A stretch of 64,000 nt of DNA, from NCBI GenBank assembly GCA_951406725.2, contig OX597826.1, positions 42,656,001-42,720,000 on the forward strand. The letters run 5' to 3'. How positions within the stretch are numbered: position 1 is the first letter of the stretch; every line of letters starts with the position of its first letter. Position numbers and translations under genes: made by a program. The DNA is from Octopus vulgaris (Eukaryota). The notes beneath the pieces are model-generated. The model saw only the letters and a program-made list of their open reading frames with translations, made no database searches and was not told the DNA's origin. Shown in pieces: positions 55,265 through 64,000 of the stretch.

Positions 55265-55735
55265 TATTGTAAAAAAAAAAAAGAAAAAAAAGAAAAAATT
55301 CCAAATGTTCCCTTTGGCTGTATATTCACATGAATTAAAAACCTGATTTACTTTACAAAAAAAAAAAGAAAGAAAAAGAAAAAAAGAAAAATATTTAAAA
55401 AATGGCAAAAAAAAACTCATCCTGCTCTCAATAAAAAAATTAAAAAAATTTTGAAGAGAAAAAATATCTTTAAAAAAGTTTTTTTTAAAATAAATATATT
55501 TAAAAAAAGAAAAACATGAAAAAATGCTATGAAAAAATTTGAAAATATTGAGAGTGTGGATTGATTTGTTTTTATTTGTTTGTATTATCAGGTATGAAGA
55601 AAAATATGGGTTTTTTTTTTTTTTGAAAAATATGAAGAAAAAAAAAGAAAAAATATTCAAAAAAAAAAATTTGAAAAGGGAAATAAAACTGTTGCAATAA
55701 AACTGATTGTATAAAAAAACACAAAAAAAATGCTG
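55265..55735. repeat. A/T homopolymer-rich low-complexity tract
   Basis: About 470 bp made almost entirely of A runs with T runs. Confidence 0.85.
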
Positions 55736-56919
55736 TGAAAGTATCTCAAATACTATCGATGATATGCGATCATCTGTGTATTTCATATATCTATTATGTG
55801 TATTGTTTAGTTCTGTTAGTCGATTGATGGGTAATTGTAACTGTGATCAATTTTGAGTCAGTAATCTGGCAGCTAAATGACTCTAGAATATATATTGTCC
55901 TTCAGTATTTCAGAAATTTTTACTGTTGAGAAGTAAAAATGTGATATTAGGTTAAGGAACATGTGAAGTTGTGTCTGGAGAGAGTCATCCTCTTTTAGTG
56001 CCTTATTATTTAACACACTCACCGGTAAAGTTTCCATTCATTTATTTTTTCCTCAAAAAAAAAAAAAAGAAAACTTTACCATTCTTGAATGTAGGTAGCA
56101 TCATATTAGTTTGGGCTTGTCAACATTTCATTTTTGTCATCAGACATGTTTTCTTGTAGATTTAGGATTTTATTAACTGACAGGCAGTGGTGTTAGTAAT
56201 CTGGCTCATTTGACAGCTAAAGGACAGATATTCCAGATCTTTTTACTGTGGAGAAGGAAGAGTGATTTATGTGTTTCGCAATGTGTGGATTCATTGCATT
56301 AAAATTAAAAAAGAAATTGTATCATGTTAGACTGAACTAGTGAATATTGGTACTGTTATATTAGTTTGGGCTATCAGGCATGTCTTCTTGAAGATTTAGG
56401 ATTTAAAATATATTGTTCTATCATAATCAAAGACAAGATGAGTAGACATCTTCATTTTGAACATGGTGGGGATTTTCATGGAGAATTGTCTTTTATGATT
56501 ACACCAAGCAGTTCCTAAGGATTCATAGAAAACCGCTTCAGTGGCCGAAGTTGGTTTCATTTTAATGATGGCTTATAATTTATTTGATAATTTGAGATTT
56601 GGCTATTACACTGAGAAGGTTAGATGATTATAGAATAGGCTTATCCAGGGATTTGTGTTATTTAAAAATGATATAGACAATTTGATGATCCTAGCATCAC
56701 TTGAATGTTTCATTATCCTCTAGAATGGTAATTTAGTTAGGATTAATTAATGGCATTGGCACCTGAACAACTGGCACTGTATGTGTGGACAGACTGAAAT
56801 TTCCATAGCTTGATGCCTCTTATCAAATATAACAAATCACCACATCACTTGGTCCCTTGTCATTTCCTCAGTGTAGCCCAGCAACTGTGAATCCTTTCTC
56901 ACCACGCCCACCTGATAAT

Positions 56920-57525
56920 GAAGTACAAGTTTGGGCCATCCTCCATCAGGAACACTGGCAGTCAATATGGCCCACCCTTAGCTTTGATGACAGCCTCCAC
57001 TCTCACTAGCATACTTTCAATCAGGTGGTGGAAGGTTTCTTGGAGAATGGTAGCCCATTCTTCACAGAGCGTCGATTTCATGAAATAAGTGTGACTGTGT
57101 GGTAAGAAGTCAGCATTCCAAAATATTCCAGTGATGTTCCATGGGGTTTAACTTGGGATTCTGTGCAGGTCAGTCCATTAGTGAGACATTGTTGTTGAAC
57201 CACTTTCCTATAAACCCTGCATTATGAATAGGTGCTTGGTTGTGCTGAAAGACACTGGTCATTCCCGAACTGGTTTTCAACAGTAGGCAATATGAAAGTG
57301 GCTAAGATGTCTGTAAGCTTGTACCATGACAATGCCATGTAAAATAACAAGGGGACCAAACCCTCTCCAGGAGAAACATGGCCACATCATGACCCCCACC
57401 ACTGCTGAATTTCACACTTGATACTATACAAGCTGGTACATATCGTTCACCAGGCATTTGCCACATTGTGTACTGTGATACATTGTACAACAGTTTTCCA
57501 CTGTTCAATAGTCCAGTTTCAATGC
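56920..57525 (-). mobile_element. Tc1-like transposase relic
   Basis: Minus strand ERYVPACIVSSVKFSSGG and D*PAQNPKLNPMEH (WPxQSPDLNPIEH motif). Confidence 0.75.
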
Positions 57526-58054
57526 TTTTTGCACCACACACAATAAGCTTTGGCCAACCTGGGTCTATAGTAGAAAACATTTGTCCAAGGTGCCATAAAG
57601 TGTGACTGAACCTGAGACGACATGGTTAAGGAGCAAGCTTCTAAACCCCACAACCACACTTGCACATACTGAGATCTCATATTTCTAAAGGCTCTTACTT
57701 TCAGCTGCCTACACTGAAAGTAAGAAATAGAAACTCTTAAGATAGAGTGAGAAGGAGAATTGTTCATTGGAGGAGTTTATTAAAACAGGAAATGCGTTTA
57801 TGATGACTTAACCCACTGCTCTTCACAGTCTATGTCATGTCATGTCATCTGAGATAAACAATAGAGTTCCTGATTAAAGCTTTTTTTTCATGACTGATAC
57901 AGGAAACCACACCAACAAAGAAATTTACTTCAAGCTAATGAGAGAAAGCTTGTATGTGGACACTCTACTTGCTAGATATAATAGATAAATTTCCTTCAAA
58001 CCGCACTCTACCATCTTAAACTGGGGAATAATGAATTGGAAAATGTCTCGTATA

Positions 58055-58380
58055 AGAGTGGCTGTGTGGTAACTAGCTTGCTTACCAACCACATGGTTTC
58101 AGGTTCAGTCCCACTGCATGGCACCTTGGGCAAGTGCCTTCTACTATGGCCTCGGGCCAACCAAAGCCTTGTGTGCGGATTTGGTAGACGGAAACTGAAA
58201 GAAGCCCGTCTTGTGTTTGTCCCTCCAACATCACTTGACAACCGATGCTGGTGTGTTTACGTCCCTGTTACTTAGCAGTTTGGCAAGAGAGGCCGATAGA
58301 ATAAGTACTACGGTTGACTTGCTCGACTAAAAGGTGGTGCTCCAGCATGGCCACAGTCAAATGACTGGTACAAGTAAAAT
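58055..58380 (+). mobile_element. SINE family A, full length
   Basis: Same head, core and tail as the 11840 and 17360 copies. Confidence 0.88.
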
Positions 58381-59448
58381 AATATATATATCATAATCAT
58401 TGTTTAATGTTTGCTTTTGATGCTGGCATGAGTTGGGCAGTTTGGCAGGGAGCTGTCCAGATTACAACTGTCTGTTGTGGCATGGTTTCTACGGCTGGAT
58501 GCCCTTCCTAATGCCAACCAATTAACAGAGTATGCTGGGTGCTTTTTAAGTGGCATTGGCACCTGAACAAGCCTGTATGTGTGGAAGACTGATTTTACAT
58601 AGCTTGATGCCTCTTATCAAATATAACAAATCACCACACTTGGTCCCTTGTCATTTCCTCAGTGCAGCCCAGCAACTGAGAATCCTTTCTTACCACTTTG
58701 TCCCACGTCTATATACACAGACAGATGAGATAATATGTATGCATTTGCAAATTTAGAGCAATTTCTGAAATTAGATTATGAAGCCTAATTCTTAGCTGCA
58801 AACACACTTATGTGTGAACAAATATTAAATTGTGTCTGTGAGTTAGGAATGCTCAGTGTTGTATTTCATGAAATAAGTGTGACTGTGTGGTAAGAAGCTT
58901 GCTTCCCAACCACAATTCCAGGTTGAGTCCCACTGCACAGCACCTTGGGCAAGTGTCTTTCTTCTACTTTAGCCTCAGGCTAAGCTTTGTGAGTAGATTT
59001 GGTAGATGGAAACTGAAAGATCATGATGGCATGAACATATTTGGTTTGCTGGTGGTGCCCCTGACTAGCGTTCATTTTACATCCTTACAACTAAGTTGTT
59101 CGGCAAAAGAGACTGATAAAATAAGTACTGGGAGGCAATTCCCCAGCATGGTTGCAGTTCAATAACTGAAACCAGTAAAAGATAAAACCTAAGATTTAAT
59201 TTGTTGATTCTGCTTGTGTGCATGATTGACTAATCAATTTGTAATCTAGAATGGTCAGTATGAAGTGACCTGGTCCATACTTGAGCTTCTTGTCACCTGG
59301 CATAATGACACCTCAATCAAGGTGGTGAGAGGCTGTTTTGCAAGTTACTTGGTGTCCTTACTAGTGCTGGTGCCATATAGAAAGTTACCCAGAACTCTAA
59401 AGTGGCTAGCATTGGGAAGGGCATCCATTGATAGAAACTACACCAAAT

Positions 59449-59669
59449 GAAGACGGCGAGCTGGCAGAAACATTAGCATGCCGGGCGAAATACTTAGCGG
59501 TATTTCGTCTGTCTTTACGTTCTGAGTTCAAATTCCGCTGAGGTCGACTTTGCCTTTCATCCTTTCAGGGATTGATAAATTAAGTACCAGTTACACACTG
59601 GGATTGATGTAATCGACTTAATCCCTTTGTCCCCTCTGTGTTTAGCTCCTTGTGGGCAATAAGGAAATA
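59449..59669 (+). mobile_element. Young SINE family B copy with 16-bp TSD, nested in a family C element
   Basis: AGAAACTACACCAAAT (59433-59448) and AGAAGCTACACCAAAT (59670-59685) flank a CpG-rich copy. Confidence 0.88.
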
Positions 59670-60562
59670 AGAAGCTACACCAAATCGGACATTGGAGTTT
59701 GGTGCTTCTGCTGAACCATTCAACCCATACCAGAATAGAAGACACATATTAATTGATGACAATATATCTTTCAGGATGGTAGTTTGGTATCTTGGCATTA
59801 GTACAAGGTTACAGTATTTAACAGCTGTCCTAGGTTAGTTTTCAAAGTAGATTCTAAATCTTTCTCAAACTACTAAGTGTAAAAGAGAGCTAGGTTGGAA
59901 ATTGAATCAAATTTCTGCTTCTGGTTGTTTTATTGTGATCTCAAAGTTTTTACTGTTTATCGCTGGTTAAGTAAATCTCTAATCAAAGATAGTCCATCAT
60001 GACAGGCCTATTTTTCAGTATGACTACAGTGTCTACTGTACTGTCTCTGTAGTATCTTTATGAAAATATGGTGTGATTTGATTAAGGACTTGCCTGTTAT
60101 TTCTAGTAGTTTTAGCAACTATATAGAGGTTCCGTTTTCATATTTGATGGTGATGGTCACTAGTGAATACAGAAGATATACTTTTTAAGTTATTTTTCTT
60201 TCAATAGTCTTTTGTTATTTTTCAAGTGTTAATAAAGTTGATGAGGGTTCTCTTAGTGTTAGAACTGATATTGGTACTTAGTATCAGCATTTGTTGGTGA
60301 CTAGCTTGGTACTGTATCTGTTGACTTACAAAGTAAGTTTATGGATCTTTTTGCTAGATTTTATCTTTTACTTATTTTCAATGTGAAAATCTAAAAGAGT
60401 TAAGTTTTAAATTATGAAGAAGCTCTTAACCAAAATCCAAGAACTTGGTCCTTTTTTTACAGATACTACTAAATTATGTTATGGACATTCTTAGTGGCAA
60501 GTAGTATCAACTTCCCAAATATAGTAATTTAATCTCCCTCAAAGCAGACTACCTTCCAGGAA

Positions 60563-60900
60563 TAGGTGTGGCTGTGTGATAAGAAGCTTGCTTCCCAACC
60601 ACATAATTCCGGGTTGAGTCCCACTGCACTGCACCTTGGGCAAGCGTCTTTCTTTTACTTCAGCCTCAGGCTAAGCTTTGTGAGTAGATTTGGTAGATGG
60701 AAACTGAAAGAAGCCCATTGTATTTGTATATATCTATGAGTCTGTGTTTGTCCCTTACCACTGCTTAACAATCAGTGTGTTTACATTCTCGTAACTTAGC
60801 AGTTTGGCAAAAAGTACCGGGGTCAGTTCATTTAATAAAAAATTCTTGAAGGCAGTGCCCCAGCATACCTGCAATCTAATGACTGAAACAAGTAAAAAAG
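60563..60900 (+). mobile_element. SINE family A
   Basis: Head plus tail; shares private variants with the copy at about 58875-59185. Confidence 0.82.
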
Positions 60901-61216
60901 ATTGGTCTGGGGCACTCTGTTAAATATATACTCAATATATGCTTAATGTGTATCATTATCCTTCATTTTTTGAAACAAAAATGTCTAGATGGGCTATTTT
61001 CATTCAAAAGCTATTAGCGTGGTTCACCAAAAAACTGAAGAAGCAAATAAAAAAGAAAGGATGTTACACAAAATAATGAAAACTTAGCAATAAAGTTGCC
61101 ATAATGTGCAAGCCAGGTGGGAAAATTTTTATCAAAATCGATTCACAGGAAACTGAGAAATCCTAAATTTCACTCCTAAGCTATTAGCACGGTTCTGGGT
61201 ATGTGTGTATATGTAT

Positions 61217-61550
61217 ATCATCATCGTTTAACGTCTGTTTTCCGCGCTAACACGGGTTGCACGGTTCAACCGGGGTCTGGGAAGCCAGGGGCTGCACCAG
61301 GCTCCAGTCTGATCTGGCAGTGTTTCTACAGCTGGATGCCCTTCTTAACGCTAACCACTCTGCGAGTGTAATGGGTGCTTTTTACGTGCCACCGGCACAG
61401 GTGCCAGGGGAGTCTGGCATCGACCACGATCGGTTGGTGCTTTTAACGTGCCACCGGCACGGAAGGCGGCACTGGATTCGGCTACGTTCGGATGGTGCTG
61501 TTTATGTGCCACCGGCACAGAAGCCAGTCGAGGCGGCGCTGGCAACGATG
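61217..61550 (-). mobile_element. Family C element with 3-unit repeat/spacer array
   Basis: catcatcgtttaacgtc end, ctggatgcccttc core, three ggtgct(t/g)tt(t/a)a(c/t)gtgccaccggcac repeats. Confidence 0.85.
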
Positions 61551-62399
61551 AGACAGTGCCAGTGGTTTCAAGTAGGAAGAATTCACAGAGAGTTCAATTT
61601 AGTGAAGTAACCACACGGCTAAGCCCACACGCACGACACATACTTATGTGTGTGTATGTGTATAAGTACAAAGGTAAGAACTAATCTGGGAAACTGAAAT
61701 TATAAAAATTTTGGTATTTTAATTGTTAAGCTGTTGCTATGTTTAGAGTTAGACCTTTGGAAATTTTATTGATCCAGTTATGACCTTCCCATCATTTTGT
61801 ATGTGCAAGGCTACATTGTCCAGTGTGTTCTTTGTTTTCTCTTTTTCAAGATGGTTATGAAGTATTTGAGGAAAATTTAGCTATTATTTCTAGTAGATTA
61901 AGTTACTGTAGAGTTTCTTGTTGGTTTGACTATGATTTTATTTTCTAACCATGTGTACTGTTTTTTCTGAAATGAGATGATTAGACATAACTGTTTGGAT
62001 GTTGATGATTTGACACAACTGACTAAACATCCCACCTGTTTTGGCACTGGAGGAAAATTCACACATATGCAGAAATATACATGGATAGATATTACAGATA
62101 TCTAAAAGGCATAACTAGATGCTCATACACATAAACAAAGCAAGTGGGGGAATTAAAATGCCTGATGTCAAATGAGTCGGTATTGAATCAGCAACACCAA
62201 AACAGCTGTGTCAAAACGTCTCATAGCCTGTTTGCTCAGAAACTTTTCTGTTCAGTTAAACATGCTACAATGTATAATTTCTCTTTCTTTTTCAGTCATT
62301 CTGAAGATTCTGCCACAAGAGTGAAGTAAAGTGCCATTCAAAAAGGAAGGAAATTAATTGGGTTCTAGGGGTTTTTTTTTTTTTGTTTTCTAAGATTGA

Positions 62400-63225
62400 T
62401 GCTGCTTGCATTCTCTTTAAACAGTTGCAAGTCAACAACTGTAGGAATGAGATATGCAGGTAGAGAATTCCAGAGGGACAACATTCTGGGGGAAGAAGGA
62501 CGAGGTGTATGTTGGTCTCATACCACATGAAAGGAGATGGCATGAGACCAACCATCTTTGAGGGGAAGAGGGTGTCTGTGAGTAACTTTATGCCAATCAT
62601 TTGAGTGGTTTTTCTCTAGGAGCAGTCTAAAATGTCTTTGTGCAGCAATAACACCATCCCCAGATGTGACCACAGTACTCCATTGTGGTTTTTTCCCTTG
62701 AGGGTCAGTAAGGGATCTAAAGTATTTTCTGGCTCTGATGTTACAGGTCAGTCTTTGAAATATAGTCCTAGCTATGTTAAGGATGTGGGTTTATCATGAG
62801 ATCTGTGAAAGTAAAGTCTGGCATTTAGAGTAATCACAAAGGTTCCAGTGGTGCTCCATATTAGGGGCAGGTTTGCAATGCTTCCTTGATATGAGAAGTG
62901 ACTAGAGTTTCTTGCTGTTGAAGGTGACAAGGTTGGCATGATTTTATTAGATGCTTCTCTTCATGGAGTTGGTGGTCATTAAGGAGAGAGATTTGAGCTG
63001 TTGTAGGACGTAGATGATAATTGGCTAACTCCATTACCCTTGAGATATTGGAAGTGTGATAGTTGACAGGGTATGAGAGGTAGCCCATGTTGGGAACGGG
63101 ATACTTGAGCATGTTTCCAGAGATCATGGTATATTCCTGAAGGAGAGAAAGAATGAAGAATTTGGTGAGTATAAGGATTAGCTCTGGGACATTGTCTGAG
63201 AGAAATGGAAGAGGCCAGCAGCCTT
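62400..63225 (-). mobile_element. Degraded LINE RT fragment (similar type to 3050-5340)
   Basis: Minus-strand PVPNMGYLSYPVNY..TSNISRVME resembles PVPKKGD.S.P.NYRPI.LTS.ISKVME. Confidence 0.6.
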
Positions 63226-64000
63226 GTTAATAATTAAGTATATAAACTTTTAACACGTTTAATTTAACAAATTAAAATAGCCATTTATGTATCACACTTT
63301 ATCTAAGTACATTGTTACTGCAGTATTTGTCTTGAGGTAGCATCATTTATGGACATGCTGTGTTTAAAAAGCACAATAGATATCAGAAGGAGATGAAGAA
63401 AATCATCTCAGTAACAGCTGGTGAAGTTGACAGATGCATGTCTGGGAAGAGATTTTACAAAATATGCATACCTTGAACATAAAATACAATACCCTGACTA
63501 TAATACACAATATACTACCCTGAGTATATAATAATCAATATATATATTTATATCCTGAATGTATATTGCACAATATACAAAGTCTTGTGTGTGAACCCTC
63601 ATGTATATATAATGGATACAGGTGTGGTTCTGAGTGAAGTTTCGTGGCATGCTTCTTCAGCCCTGAGTTGATTAAAGATTTGTAAATAGATTTGGCACAC
63701 AGAAACTGAAAGAAGCCTACCTTATATATATACATATACACACACACACACGTACATATATCTTCATTTAATATTATGTTTTCTAAGCTAGACACAACAT
63801 GCACACATGTATGTGTGCAATGCTAAGTGTCTCCTTGTTTTGGTGTCATGTGATAATTGTTAATGAGTGTCACTGTCATACAAGCAGTGTCGTTCGTTTC
63901 CAGTATTCTGCAGCAACATTTCTGGTAATGGGGGAATTTACCTTTCTAACCCAGTAAAGGTTTAGCAAAGAAAAGGGAATCTGGCTGTAGAAAATCTGCT

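Noticed and set aside
55250-55786. 178-aa Phe-rich ORF
   Set aside because: Translation of an A/T homopolymer tract; no domain or splice support.

Overview
AT-rich, microsatellite- and SINE-dense animal genomic DNA. The repeat families look like those of octopus (coleoid cephalopod), recalled from memory and not database-checked. The window holds one complete protein-coding gene on the + strand: an RBM26/RBM27 (Drosophila swm-like) ortholog. I assembled 22 coding exons (1364..50039), all with GT-AG introns and consistent phases, giving 3105 nt / 1034 aa. Domain order: PWI, RS region, CCCH zinc finger, Pro-rich region, RRM1, coiled coil, RG region, RRM2, acidic C-terminus ending ESRSWRR. Introns and the downstream flank are filled with tRNA-derived SINEs, RTE and CR1/L2-like LINE fragments, two inverted mariner copies, a Tc1 relic, and piggyBac-, hAT- and Tigger-type MITEs. 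Most notable unexplained signals: (i) two type I hammerhead-ribozyme-like motifs in sense orientation in introns 8 and 11, one inside a 337-nt retrozyme-like repeat unit; (ii) an RTE-associated element carrying variable-number repeat/spacer arrays of hairpin units; (iii) several dsRNA-forming inverted repeats in the pre-mRNA; (iv) a repeat-free part of intron 2 with a candidate poison exon or intronic polyadenylation. Repeat boundaries were read by eye and are approximate.
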